64,000 bases of DNA. Origin: Acidobacteriota bacterium (GTDB lineage Bacteria > Acidobacteriota > UBA890 > WLXD01). Below are positions 9,710-19,108 of this stretch, one piece after another. The notes beneath the pieces are model-generated. The model worked only from the letters and a program-made list of their open reading frames with translations, searched no databases and was not told where the DNA came from. Positions within the stretch are counted from its first letter, which is position 1, and every line of letters starts with the position of its first letter. Position numbers and translations under genes: made by a program. The stretch spans positions 3,328,001 to 3,392,000 of the forward strand of contig CBDFKD010000002.1 of the NCBI GenBank assembly GCA_965248695.1, given 5' to 3'.

Positions 9710-10879
9710 GTGCGCAGGACGACGACAGTGATGCTGCTGGTCGGGTTGATATGGACCAGCGCCACAGCCACCGAGGCATCAGCGCCCACCCCAGCCCGCT
9801 TCACCCGCTGGCTCGAGGGGCCCATCAGCGCGCTCATCCTTCCCGACGAGATCGAGGCGGCGCGGGAGATCGGCGGATCCGGGCTCGAGGAGGAGTTCAT
9901 CGCCTGGTTCTGGGCACGTCGTGACCCCGATGCCGCCACGCCGCTCAACGAGCTCCGTGCCGAATTCGCGGATCGGCTTGCCTTCGTGGACAAGGAGTAC
10001 CTGGAACCCGAGCACGGCCTCCCGGGTTGGGGCACCCCACGCGGGCAGATCTACCTGTTGATGGGAGCGCCGAGCGAGGTGCTCTCGAGCTCGCAGCGAT
10101 ACCGGGTAGAGGGCTCGCTACGTCGTCTCACGGTATGGCACTACGGGCGGCGTGCTGGCGGGCGATCGGTACGCTTCTGTTTCGTCGAGACACGGTCGGG
10201 TATCAGGCTCGCCACCGACCAGAAGCGGCGAATGCAAACTGACCAAACCGCGGCTCTCGACGCTGCTCGCAGTCGTCTGGTGGTCCGTACCGCCGGCGGA
10301 CGTTTCGGAGAGTCTGGCGATTACGACGACGAATCGCTGCCGCTCGATGTCAGCATCGCCGAGCGCGACGAGGGATGGTTGGCAGCGATCCGGCTACCGT
10401 TGCACGAGTTGCTCGGCGAGCCCGACGGTGAGGCGATTCGATACCGGCTGGCCATCGCCGCCAGGTCCGGGCACGGAACAGGAACGCAGCGCGAGTACCA
10501 GTTGGGCGCCCTGGAGATCCGGCTGAGCGCAAGCGACTTCCGTACCTGGTCAGATCAACAGATCCACATCGCAGTCTGGGCGCCGACCGGCGTGACAACG
10601 CTGCAGATTACCGAGACCCCCACCGGACGCTCTAGCACCGTCGCGTTGCAATCGACCGGCATCGTGCCTGACACGATCGCCATGGCCCGGAAGCTGGCGG
10701 TGAGCCCGCTGCCCGGCGAAAGCGGCATGGCAATCGCCTATTTCCCGACCTGCCCGGTGCGGCACCCGAATGCCGTCGCGACGCTCATCGCGGCGCCACG
10801 GGACGCCATACCGGGTGTCGAGCTGCTGCCCGGCGGCCAGCTGGCCTTGGCGCTACCGCGCCCTTCCAGCGACCGCTGA
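9710..10879 (+). CDS. GWxTD domain-containing exported protein
   Basis: AAGGAGG RBS then GTG 9710; signal peptide; FWARRDP..TPLNE..R..GWGTPRGQIY..GAP. Confidence 0.8.
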   Translation: MRRTTTVMLLVGLIWTSATATEASAPTPARFTRWLEGPISALILPDEIEAAREIGGSGLEEEFIAWFWARRDPDAATPLNELRAEFADRLAFVDKEYLEPEHGLPGWGTPRGQIYLLMGAPSEVLSSSQRYRVEGSLRRLTVWHYGRRAGGRSVRFCFVETRSGIRLATDQKRRMQTDQTAALDAARSRLVVRTAGGRFGESGDYDDESLPLDVSIAERDEGWLAAIRLPLHELLGEPDGEAIRYRLAIAARSGHGTGTQREYQLGALEIRLSASDFRTWSDQQIHIAVWAPTGVTTLQITETPTGRSSTVALQSTGIVPDTIAMARKLAVSPLPGESGMAIAYFPTCPVRHPNAVATLIAAPRDAIPGVELLPGGQLALALPRPSSDR

Positions 10880-10984
10880 TCAACGCCCTGACTCGACCCG
10901 GCAGTTGAGCTAAGCTGCCGGAACGGTCTGAGGTGAGCGACGATCGCTCCCTCGGCGAGGCGAATCCCTGCAGCGAGGACTCCC

Positions 10985-11770
10985 GTGCGCTCGCGTACCT
11001 ACGCCGAGTATCTGAAGCTCGCCGAGTTGCTCGATCTACAGCAGCCCAAGTCAGAGGGCCCGGAGCATGACGAGATGCTGTTCATCGTCATCCACCAGGT
11101 CTACGAGCTGTGGTTCAAGCAGGTGCTGCACGAGCTCGACCACCTCGGGGCGCGGTTCCAGGACGGCGACACGGACGCAGCCCTTCGAGCCCTGAAGCGC
11201 GTGCTCACGATTCTCAAGACATTGGTGGCACAGATCGATGTTCTCGAGACCATGTCGCCACTCGACTTCCTGAGCTTTCGTGATCGGCTCGAGTCGGCCA
11301 GTGGATTCGAGTCGTGCCAGTTTCGGGAGCTGGAGTTCGCGCTGGGCATGAAGAGCAGCGTCACGATCGAACGCTTCCCCGAGGGATCGTGGGAGCGCCA
11401 ACGCCTGACGGAACGGCAGCGGTCTCCATCGTTGTGGCAACACTTCGTTGCCTTCCTCGGTACGCAAGGCATGGAAATACCCACCGAGGCCATACCGGTA
11501 ACGTCGGCCGAGCAGACCCCCGAGAGCCCTGCGCTGCAGGAACACCTGGTCGCGATCTATCGTACGAACACGGCGCTGTCGCAGGTGTGCGAGCGACTCG
11601 TTGACCTTGACGAGGGAATCCAGGAGTGGCGCTACCGTCACGTCAAGATGGTGCAGCGCACCATCGGCACCAAGCGCGGCACCGGGGGCAGCTCGGGAGT
11701 CGAGTACCTGCAAACCACGCTCTTCAAGCCCCTGTTTCCGGACTTGTGGGCCATCCGTAGCGAGCTCTAG
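10985..11770 (+). CDS. kynA: Tryptophan 2,3-dioxygenase
   Basis: YLKL..LL..Q, HDEMLFIVIHQVYELWFK, ASGFES.QFRELE, WRYRH..MV.RTIG.K.GTGGSSG. Confidence 0.95.
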   Translation: MRSRTYAEYLKLAELLDLQQPKSEGPEHDEMLFIVIHQVYELWFKQVLHELDHLGARFQDGDTDAALRALKRVLTILKTLVAQIDVLETMSPLDFLSFRDRLESASGFESCQFRELEFALGMKSSVTIERFPEGSWERQRLTERQRSPSLWQHFVAFLGTQGMEIPTEAIPVTSAEQTPESPALQEHLVAIYRTNTALSQVCERLVDLDEGIQEWRYRHVKMVQRTIGTKRGTGGSSGVEYLQTTLFKPLFPDLWAIRSEL

Positions 11771-11813
11771 TGGCCGGGAGCAGGGAACCCTCGACCGCCA
11801 CCCGGCGCCTGTC

Positions 11814-13049
11814 TTGACGGCGCAGACCGGCGGCCCGATTCCCGCAACACGGTTCGACACCACGCAGCTGTCGGCCACTCCGAATCCACTCGCGAGCCAC
11901 TACACGCGTTTCCGAGTAGCGCAGCGAATGCTGCTCACGGGCCACTCCCATCAAGCCTGGCCAGACTGCGGATTCGATGGCCAGCGCCAAGCGTGGCTCG
12001 ATGCGGCGGAGCTGGTTGACCACAAGTGGGAGCGCGCGTTCGCCAGGGCGCAACGGGTGCGGCAGGGTTGGGCGCGGCTCTTACAGGACGATGCCGACGC
12101 CATCGCACTGGGGCCCAATACCCACGAGCTGGTGGTTCGCTTGTTGTCGGCGTTGCCGTTGGGCAAACGGCCGCGCCTGGTCACCACGGACGGTGAGTTT
12201 CATACCCTGCGTCGGCAGCTCGATCGTCTGGCGGAGGAGCGGGTCGAGGTCGTCAAGCTCGCGGCCGAACCGACCGAGACACTGGCCGAACGGCTCTCGG
12301 CCGCGGTCAACGACCGCACCGCGCTGGTCGCTGTCTCCAGCGTCATGTTCCAGAGCGCCAGGCGCGTACCGCATCTGGGGCGCCTGAGCACCGCCTGTCA
12401 GCGTGCTGGCACCGAGCTGCTGATCGACGTGTACCACTCCCTCAACGCAATCCCGTTCTCGGTGGGTGAGGCGGGCCTGGAGACAGCGTTCATCGTCGGC
12501 GGCGGCTACAAGTACTGTCAGCTCGGCGAGGGCAACTGCTTTCTTCGCTTGCCGCCCGGCTGCCGCTTGCGCCCCGTGATTACCGGTTGGTTCGCGGAGT
12601 TCGACACGCTCAGCGATGCCGATGCCGGCCGCGTCGGATACGCCCGCGGTGGGGCACGCTTCGCCGGTGCTACCTACGATCCGACGGCGCACTACCGCGC
12701 CGCCGACGTCTTCGACTTCTTCGAGCATCATGGGCTCTCCCCGGAGATCTTGCGGCAGGTTAGCCAGCGCCAGATGGGTGTGCTGGCCGACACCTTCGAC
12801 GCGCTGGATCTCGACCCCGCGCAGATAGCGCGCGACCGCGATACCCCTCTACGGGAGCTGGGTGGGTTCCTGGCTCTGAGCTCACCCCATGCGGCGGAGC
12901 TCAACCATCGTCTCGGCGAGCTGGGCGTACAGACCGACTACCGCGGCGACGTGCTACGTTTCGGCCCCGCCCCCTACCTCGACGATAGCCAGCTCGAGAG
13001 CGCCATGGAACGTCTCGGCGAAGCCACCCGGCAGGAGCTTGGACGGTGA
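11814..13049 (+). CDS. kynU: Kynureninase (class V PLP enzyme)
   Basis: LLTGHSHQAWPD, DVYH, GGGYKY (PLP lysine), TGWF, RFGPAPY; directly after TDO; start uncertain. Confidence 0.85.
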   Translation: MTAQTGGPIPATRFDTTQLSATPNPLASHYTRFRVAQRMLLTGHSHQAWPDCGFDGQRQAWLDAAELVDHKWERAFARAQRVRQGWARLLQDDADAIALGPNTHELVVRLLSALPLGKRPRLVTTDGEFHTLRRQLDRLAEERVEVVKLAAEPTETLAERLSAAVNDRTALVAVSSVMFQSARRVPHLGRLSTACQRAGTELLIDVYHSLNAIPFSVGEAGLETAFIVGGGYKYCQLGEGNCFLRLPPGCRLRPVITGWFAEFDTLSDADAGRVGYARGGARFAGATYDPTAHYRAADVFDFFEHHGLSPEILRQVSQRQMGVLADTFDALDLDPAQIARDRDTPLRELGGFLALSSPHAAELNHRLGELGVQTDYRGDVLRFGPAPYLDDSQLESAMERLGEATRQELGR

Positions 13050-14719
13050 TCGCCGCACTGGCGGCGCTGGCCGCGCTGGCGATGCCCGCAACGCAGCAGG
13101 CTGGGCCCGTAGTGTGGAGCCCGTGCGCGGTCGACGCCGAGGACTCGAGCCAGACTGCAGAATGCGCCGTGGTCAGCATGCCGCTGCGACACGACCTCGA
13201 CGACAGCGACAACATCGGCATCGCCGTCAAGCGCGTGCTCGGCTCCAGCCATCCCGGCCGTCAGGGCGGCACAGGAACGACGCCCGTCGCTGCCCGGCGT
13301 CAAGTCTGGTTTCTGAACGGCGGGCCGGGCGACTCGGGGATCGAGGCCATCGGGCGTGTCCGACCGTTGTTCGACGACGGCGGCATCGACGTCTACACGC
13401 TGGACCATCGCGGTGTCGGCGGCAGTGCGTTGCTCGCATGCCCGGAGCAACAGGCCGAGGATAGCGAGGAAGGAAACGAAGTCGCAGCCGCCGAATGGGG
13501 TTCGTGCATCGAGTTCATCAACGCCGAGCGCCACGATCTACTGGCGCTGACGATCACCCAGGCCGCCCATGACGTCGGGCGACTCATCGAGCTCACCCGG
13601 GGGCCAGAGGATCGTGTGTTCGTTTTCGGTGCCTCGTACGGCACGACCTGGGCGAACCGCTACCTGAGCCTGTATCCGGAGCAACCGGAGGGCGTGATCC
13701 TCGATGGCATCGTGCCGGCAGACTGGACGTTCGCCGAGTTCGACAGCGGACTCGACACGACGGCGCGCAGCATCCTGGCGCGTTGCGCCAACTTCCAGGA
13801 GTGCTCTCGACATCTCGGCGCCGACCCGATCGCGCTCGCCGAGGCGCTTCCGGGGAAGTTCGATGCCGGCCACTGCAGCGACCTGCAGATCGACAGCAAC
13901 ACAGTCAGGCTGTTGCTCGGCAACATGCTCATGGGCGGACCTGAGGTGTGGCCTTACATACCGGCGATGGTGTATCGGCTCGATCGCTGCAAGCTGCGCG
14001 ACCTGCTGGCCATCGGCGAGCTCTTTGCACGCCTGTTCGAGAGCGGCGAGGCGGGCCAGGAGAGCGAGTCCCACGCGCAGGTGTTGCAACGCCATATCGT
14101 CTTGTCGGAGCTGTGGCCCGATCCCTCTCCGCCGGTAGAGGACTTCGAGGCTGCCATCGAAGAAACGTTGATGACGACTGCGGTGAGTGCGTCGTTCGCT
14201 TCCACGTGGGCGCAATGGCCCCGCTACCCGCTCGATGAGCACACCGGACAGTTCGCCACGTTCGAAGGCCCCATGCTCATGTTGCATGGCGGACTCGATC
14301 CGACCATGCCGGTGGAGCGGCTGCGCGACCTGCGCGCACGCTTCGGCGGAGAGCACCAGACCTTTGCGTTCTTCCCGCACGCCGGGCACGTCACCGTGAA
14401 CTCGGGGGGCAGCTGCGCCGCCGGGCTTTACGGTGCGTTCGTCGACAACCCGGCGGCGACTCTTGACCTCGGATGCATCGCCGACCTCCCCCCGGTGGAC
14501 TTCAGCGGCACGAGATTCGACGCCGATTCGCTATTCGGCACCGCCGATTTCTGGGGCGACCGGCTCAGCACCCTCGAGTGGTTGCTGGTCGCCGCCGCTG
14601 TGGCCGTGCTCGGAGCGCTGGTCGGTGTGGTCCGGTGGGGCGTTCGTCGCCGGCGGCGGCGAGCCCGGCCTGAGCTCGATCTCGAGGGGAGCAAGGCACC
14701 GGGGGCGGACCAGGGATAA
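13046..14719 (+). CDS. Secreted alpha/beta hydrolase (TAP-like peptidase, S33) with C-terminal membrane anchor
   Basis: Signal peptide, NGGPG, DHRGVG, GASYG nucleophile, GLDP, AGH; C-terminal TM helix followed by RRRRRR. Confidence 0.85.
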   Translation: MIAALAALAALAMPATQQAGPVVWSPCAVDAEDSSQTAECAVVSMPLRHDLDDSDNIGIAVKRVLGSSHPGRQGGTGTTPVAARRQVWFLNGGPGDSGIEAIGRVRPLFDDGGIDVYTLDHRGVGGSALLACPEQQAEDSEEGNEVAAAEWGSCIEFINAERHDLLALTITQAAHDVGRLIELTRGPEDRVFVFGASYGTTWANRYLSLYPEQPEGVILDGIVPADWTFAEFDSGLDTTARSILARCANFQECSRHLGADPIALAEALPGKFDAGHCSDLQIDSNTVRLLLGNMLMGGPEVWPYIPAMVYRLDRCKLRDLLAIGELFARLFESGEAGQESESHAQVLQRHIVLSELWPDPSPPVEDFEAAIEETLMTTAVSASFASTWAQWPRYPLDEHTGQFATFEGPMLMLHGGLDPTMPVERLRDLRARFGGEHQTFAFFPHAGHVTVNSGGSCAAGLYGAFVDNPAATLDLGCIADLPPVDFSGTRFDADSLFGTADFWGDRLSTLEWLLVAAAVAVLGALVGVVRWGVRRRRRRARPELDLEGSKAPGADQG

Positions 14720-14802
14720 CCGCCCCGGCACCTCACGCAGGGTCGCGTGAAGCTCGGGTCTCCCTCAAGTGCTTCGTCGGGTCTCCGTCTCGGAAAGCGC
14801 GT

Positions 14803-15582
14803 TCATAGCCTGCCTCCGACGGAGACGAAAGCGCTCACGTCATCGTCCCCGTTGGCCCATCCCCCGGGCTGGCTGAAGGCCGTATCGACCTCCTCGTCGG
14901 CACCCGCCGAGTAGCACACGACGGCGCTCGAGAAACCAGTGCTTGCGACGGCTCGTGGGACGTAAAGGCTGAAGACATTGACCATGTAGCGATTGCCCCA
15001 GGGATCGGCTTCGATGCGGTCGGCGACGTAGGGCCCTCTCCAGGCGAACAGGCTGTTGGAGCCCTGTGTACCGGCAGAGACGGAGGTCAGGCCCCCTTCA
15101 ACGCCGCCAGCAATCCCGTCGACCGTGTCCGTAGGCATGCGATAACCCCGGCTCGGCCCACCTAGTGGGGTGTCGTGCAACAGATGATTGGCAAGCGTAT
15201 CGACGGTGAAACGGTGGTTCGTCCCGCCGGAGTCAGCGGGTTGCTCGAAGTCATTGCCCTCGCCGAGCAACCACGAGGCGCCTGCGGCGCCCGGCAACCG
15301 GTTGTTGAGGGCGGGAACACTTCCGTCGCCGATGAGTAGACCGACCGGGAGGCTGTTGGCCGTGGCGACCGGTTCGCCGCCATGGGACGCCAGGTTGCCG
15401 GTGTCGAGGATGAGCCGCGCCAGGGCGCTGCACACGCGCGTGACGTCCTCCTGCACGCGGGCAAACCACGCCAGACGATTGAAGTCGCCGATGTTGACCA
15501 GCACGATCGACAGGACCACGAGCACGGCGAGGATAATGACGCTGACCTCCACCAGAGTGAATCCCGCTGCCTGTCTGCTCAT
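14803..15582 (-). CDS. Type IV pilin / GspG-like pseudopilin
   Basis: Prepilin motif AG|FTLVE plus hydrophobic helix; WRGPY, DPWGNRY, YSAGAD..DD. Confidence 0.8.
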   Translation of the reverse strand: MSRQAAGFTLVEVSVIILAVLVVLSIVLVNIGDFNRLAWFARVQEDVTRVCSALARLILDTGNLASHGGEPVATANSLPVGLLIGDGSVPALNNRLPGAAGASWLLGEGNDFEQPADSGGTNHRFTVDTLANHLLHDTPLGGPSRGYRMPTDTVDGIAGGVEGGLTSVSAGTQGSNSLFAWRGPYVADRIEADPWGNRYMVNVFSLYVPRAVASTGFSSAVVCYSAGADEEVDTAFSQPGGWANGDDDVSAFVSVGGRL

Positions 15583-16012
15583 CGACCTGCTCCTGTAGCA
15601 CGATGCCGGGGATCACCGCGGGGTCTGAGAACCAGGCTAGTCGCCACCGAGGCGCGACCAAAACCGACCAGGCCACGCCTGTCCGTATCTGCCGAGGAGC
15701 CAATCGCCAGCAGCCGCGCCCGGTGCCCGCCGCGTCCCCGGCCGGTCTTCGCGGCGCGGCTGCGGCCATTGCCGGTCGGCAACGGAAGGACCACGCACGG
15801 CGCTGCCCGCACGTGGCCAGTCGCCGTCGAGCACGGTCACCGCTGGCGCCCCGCCGGTCAATGGGTTGGTGGTCAGCCGCGGACATTGCTGGCGCGCGCC
15901 GCTACTTGCACCGACCACTTCCGCTGCCAAGACGCCACGCTATTGGCCACCGATGCCCGAAGGCTTCTGGTGTGCAGGAGTGGCTTTTGTTGTGTTGGTG
16001 AGTCGACGAAAA

Positions 16013-16924
16013 TCAGTCGGCCGGGAGCAGTAACTCCCCGATCAAGACCGTCACGGCGCATCCGCCAACGCGGACCGCCGCGATGCTCTCCGGCGGACCT
16101 AGCACCTCGACTCGCGCCGTCCCGGGCCGCCCCATCGAGTGGCCTTGCTCGGCGATGAATCGCGCCTCGTCGATCAATCCATGGTGCCAGCAGTAAGCCG
16201 CCATCGATCCGGTCGCCGATCCGGTGAACGGATCCTCGTAGGTGTCCGGCGGCAGGCCGAAGTGCCGCGCCGCGGTGTCGCCTGCCGCGCTGAATCCACC
16301 GAGACAGAACAGGTGTGGGCTGAAGAAATCCCCTTGCTCGAGGGCGGCGGAAAAAGCGGCCACGTCAAGCCGCGCCAGCGCCAGCGTCTCGCGATCGCGC
16401 ACGGGAACCATGAGCATCGGAGTTCCGGTGCTCACCGTCTGCGGCGGCGGCGCGCCTGCGAGCTCGTCGCCCGGGCCCAGCCCGAAGAGCGGCAGGACAT
16501 CGGAGAACGCGTAGCAACGCTGAAAGACCGGCCGCCGCTGGGTCATGGTGATCTCGGCAAGTTCGTCGCTGCCACGCACGTCGACGGTGATCGGGCCGTC
16601 CCGCAACTCCAGATGGAAGCTGGTGTCTCCCGTCGCAACGCTCAGACGTCCGGTGTCGATCAGCGCCCGGGTGGTTGCCAGCGTCGGGTGACCCGCCAGC
16701 GGGATCTCGTCGGCCGGCGTGAAGTAGCGGGCGCGAAAGTCCGCCACCTCGGATCGCATCACGAACGCCGTCTCGGACAAGTTCATCTCGAGGGCAATCG
16801 ACTGCATGGTAGCGGCGTCGAGGTCGTCAGCATCGAGCACCACCGCGCACGGGTTGCCCGCAAGCGGCCGGGAGGTGAACGCGTCGACCTGAAGCAACGG
16901 GAGCCGCCGCCGGTCAAGAGACAC
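16013..16924 (-). CDS. PhzF family isomerase
   Basis: VDAFT..GNP, LSETAF, EIPLAGHP, EDPFTGSA, EQGHSMGRP. Confidence 0.9.
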   Translation of the reverse strand: MSLDRRRLPLLQVDAFTSRPLAGNPCAVVLDADDLDAATMQSIALEMNLSETAFVMRSEVADFRARYFTPADEIPLAGHPTLATTRALIDTGRLSVATGDTSFHLELRDGPITVDVRGSDELAEITMTQRRPVFQRCYAFSDVLPLFGLGPGDELAGAPPPQTVSTGTPMLMVPVRDRETLALARLDVAAFSAALEQGDFFSPHLFCLGGFSAAGDTAARHFGLPPDTYEDPFTGSATGSMAAYCWHHGLIDEARFIAEQGHSMGRPGTARVEVLGPPESIAAVRVGGCAVTVLIGELLLPAD

Positions 16925-17825
16925 GGATCGTCCCCTCGCTCATCATCACTGCAGCTCCTCCTACCCGGGCTGCGGTCACCTCCCCGGCGGCGACATCGGC
17001 CTCGATCTCCATGATGCTCGGGCGTCCCATCTCGAAACCCTGCTCGACCACCCAGCTGAGCCGGCCGTCCGGCTCGCCGGAGCGTGCCGCCAGGTAGGCG
17101 GCCAGTGCCGTGGCAGCGGACCCGGTCGCCGGATCTTCGGCAACCCCGACGCCCGGTCCGAACATGCGGGCGTGCACGTCGGTGCCCGGCCGCTCACCCT
17201 GCGTGGCAAACAGGAACACTTGCGGTGCCCATGTAGAATCCAGAGATCGGCGCCAGGCTCGATGATCCAGCCGCGCCCGTCGCACCGCCTCGATATCGCG
17301 CAACGGGACGAAGAGAAACGGCAGGCCGCACGAGACCGCGCCCACGGCCAGGCTGTCGGCTCTCAGATCGTCGATGGTGAGGCCGAGCACGGCGGCTATG
17401 TCCTGCGGAGGAGTAACGACCGGTTGCTCCTCGGGTGCCTGCGCTGCTGTGAGCTGTGCGAACTCGGGCTCACCGTCGACGCAGCGCACCCGCACCGGCA
17501 CCGGACCCACACCCTCTTCCAGCACCAGCGTGAACTCCGGCCCCTCGGCATCGATCTCTCCCAGTGCCGCCAGGGCAAACGCCGTCCCGACGGTCGGATG
17601 GCCGGCAAAGGGCAGCTCGGTCGTCGGGGTGAAGATGCGCACCTTGCGGGTGTGGACTGGGTTGTCCGGCGGCATTACGAACACCGTTTCCGACAGATTG
17701 AGCTCGCCGGCGACGGACTGCATCGTCGGCCCGCTCAGTCCCCGACCGTCAGGAAACACGGCGAGCGGATTTCCGCCGAAGGCGACATCGGTGAACACAT
17801 CGAGGGTGACGAAGCGATGCCGCAC
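16914..17825 (-). CDS. PhzF family isomerase (second tandem paralogue)
   Basis: LDVFT..GNPL, LSETVF, ELPFAGHP, EDPATGSA, EQGFEMGRPS; probable GTG start 17825. Confidence 0.9.
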   Translation of the reverse strand: MRHRFVTLDVFTDVAFGGNPLAVFPDGRGLSGPTMQSVAGELNLSETVFVMPPDNPVHTRKVRIFTPTTELPFAGHPTVGTAFALAALGEIDAEGPEFTLVLEEGVGPVPVRVRCVDGEPEFAQLTAAQAPEEQPVVTPPQDIAAVLGLTIDDLRADSLAVGAVSCGLPFLFVPLRDIEAVRRARLDHRAWRRSLDSTWAPQVFLFATQGERPGTDVHARMFGPGVGVAEDPATGSAATALAAYLAARSGEPDGRLSWVVEQGFEMGRPSIMEIEADVAAGEVTAARVGGAAVMMSEGTIRVS

Positions 17826-17827
17826 GG

Positions 17828-18277
17828 TCAGGCTCCGTCGTCGAGACGAAGCACCATCGAGGCGGCGCTGCTCGGGCAAAGCGAGCGGTACTCGATCGAA
17901 CCGAGAATCGACTCAGGCGCCTGCTCTCGCGGCATCTCGCGGAACCCGAAACGGGGGAAAAACTCCGCCGCAGTCTCGGTCAGCAGGTAGATGCCGCGCA
18001 CGCCGGCCGAGCGCGCCGAGTCGAGTGCGTGGCGCACCAGGGTCTCGCCGATGCCTAGCCCTCGATACCTGGCGGCGACCGCCAGTGATCGCAGCACGGC
18101 GTCGGGGCCGTGGTGTTCCAGCGCCGCGGTGCCAGCCAGTGACTCCTCGACTCGGGCGATGAGCACCGCACCCCAGCACGCGTCGAGCCCCTCGGTGGGC
18201 AAATCGCTAGCTCGCAACAGCTCCAGCACGGCGGCATGGTCGCCGCGCTGAGCGACGCCGATCCGCACATCGTCCAT
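17828..18277 (-). CDS. GNAT N-acetyltransferase, ArsN2-like
   Basis: LRSLAV..YRGLGIG, YLLTETA..FF..FGF, C-terminal EY..LCPSSA. Confidence 0.82.
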   Translation of the reverse strand: MDDVRIGVAQRGDHAAVLELLRASDLPTEGLDACWGAVLIARVEESLAGTAALEHHGPDAVLRSLAVAARYRGLGIGETLVRHALDSARSAGVRGIYLLTETAAEFFPRFGFREMPREQAPESILGSIEYRSLCPSSAASMVLRLDDGA

Positions 18278-18360
18278 CCTGAGCCTCCCCGAGCGCGCGC
18301 GCTGCTACGACGACAATACCGTCGCCGTCGCGGCTGCGCACGCGCCCCGGAAGGCAGTCC

Positions 18361-18765
18361 TCAGGGTCGTACGACGAGCCACACGCGCGAGCGCCGTTCC
18401 CAGCGATAGTGCGCGCCGCGATAGCGCCAGTAGGGCTTACCCCCCACCACGACCACCTTGGCAGCGCGCGGCAACGTCGTCACGCGAGCGCTGACCGGGG
18501 CACCTACCACGAGATAGCGCGACCCGGAGCGTTGATAGAACGTGCCGCCGTGATAGTAGTAGCGTGTCGTGCCAACCTTGACGATCCGGTAACCGGCCGG
18601 CGGGGCCGAAACGTAGACGCCGGCCGCCGGTGACGGCGTCGCTACCGAGGCGCTGAACGCATACCCGGCGTGGGCGTTGCTCGCACAGCCGACCGTCACC
18701 GTCGCGGCGACGATCAGCACGGTCAGCAACAGCGCAGATTCGAACTTCTTCTTCGTGTGCAACAT
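18361..18765 (-). CDS. DUF6515-like lipoprotein
   Basis: AGGAGG RBS; lipobox TVGC; repeated P.GY..V.VG...YY...G..Y units. Confidence 0.7.
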   Translation of the reverse strand: MLHTKKKFESALLLTVLIVAATVTVGCASNAHAGYAFSASVATPSPAAGVYVSAPPAGYRIVKVGTTRYYYHGGTFYQRSGSRYLVVGAPVSARVTTLPRAAKVVVVGGKPYWRYRGAHYRWERRSRVWLVVRP

Positions 18766-18912
18766 TTCTAACCTCCTGGGAGTGCAACAGGGGACCCCCG
18801 AACAGCATCGTCAGTCGTCCTTGTGTCGGTGGCGCCGTCGCTCTGTATGACAGCCGTATCGTGGATTTGTGGCCCCGCGGCCGCGGCGTGACAAGCGGGT
18901 CCAGGAGAAGAA

Positions 18913-19032
18913 ATGACCGAGTGGGCCGAGATCGCGATGAAGCGCGGCACCGTCGTACGCGGCCTGAAATTCGCCGCGGTGGTGGGCACGGCGCTCATCG
19001 CCATGGACCCGAGGAGCACCGTGCTATCGTGA
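18913..19032 (+). pseudogene. Truncated NrtS-like (small nitrate/nitrite transporter) gene remnant
   Basis: AGGAG RBS; MTEWAEIAMKRGTVVRGLKFAAVVGTALIAMDPRSTVLS*, resembling the NrtS N-terminus up to VVG..LIA and then diverging. Confidence 0.4.
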
Positions 19033-19108
19033 AAGGCTGCGCTCGCTTCCCGCGGCAGCTAGCAGGCCGTGTTGAAAGTGTGCTCCCCCTACCATCAAGT
19101 CTGACGCC

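Noticed and set aside
10933-10990. Out-of-frame GTG with RBS suggesting a frameshift at the kynA start
   Set aside because: The in-frame GTG at 10985 has its own GAGGA RBS and gives a complete TDO.
16013-17825. Phenazine biosynthesis
   Set aside because: No phzA/B, D, E or G in the window.
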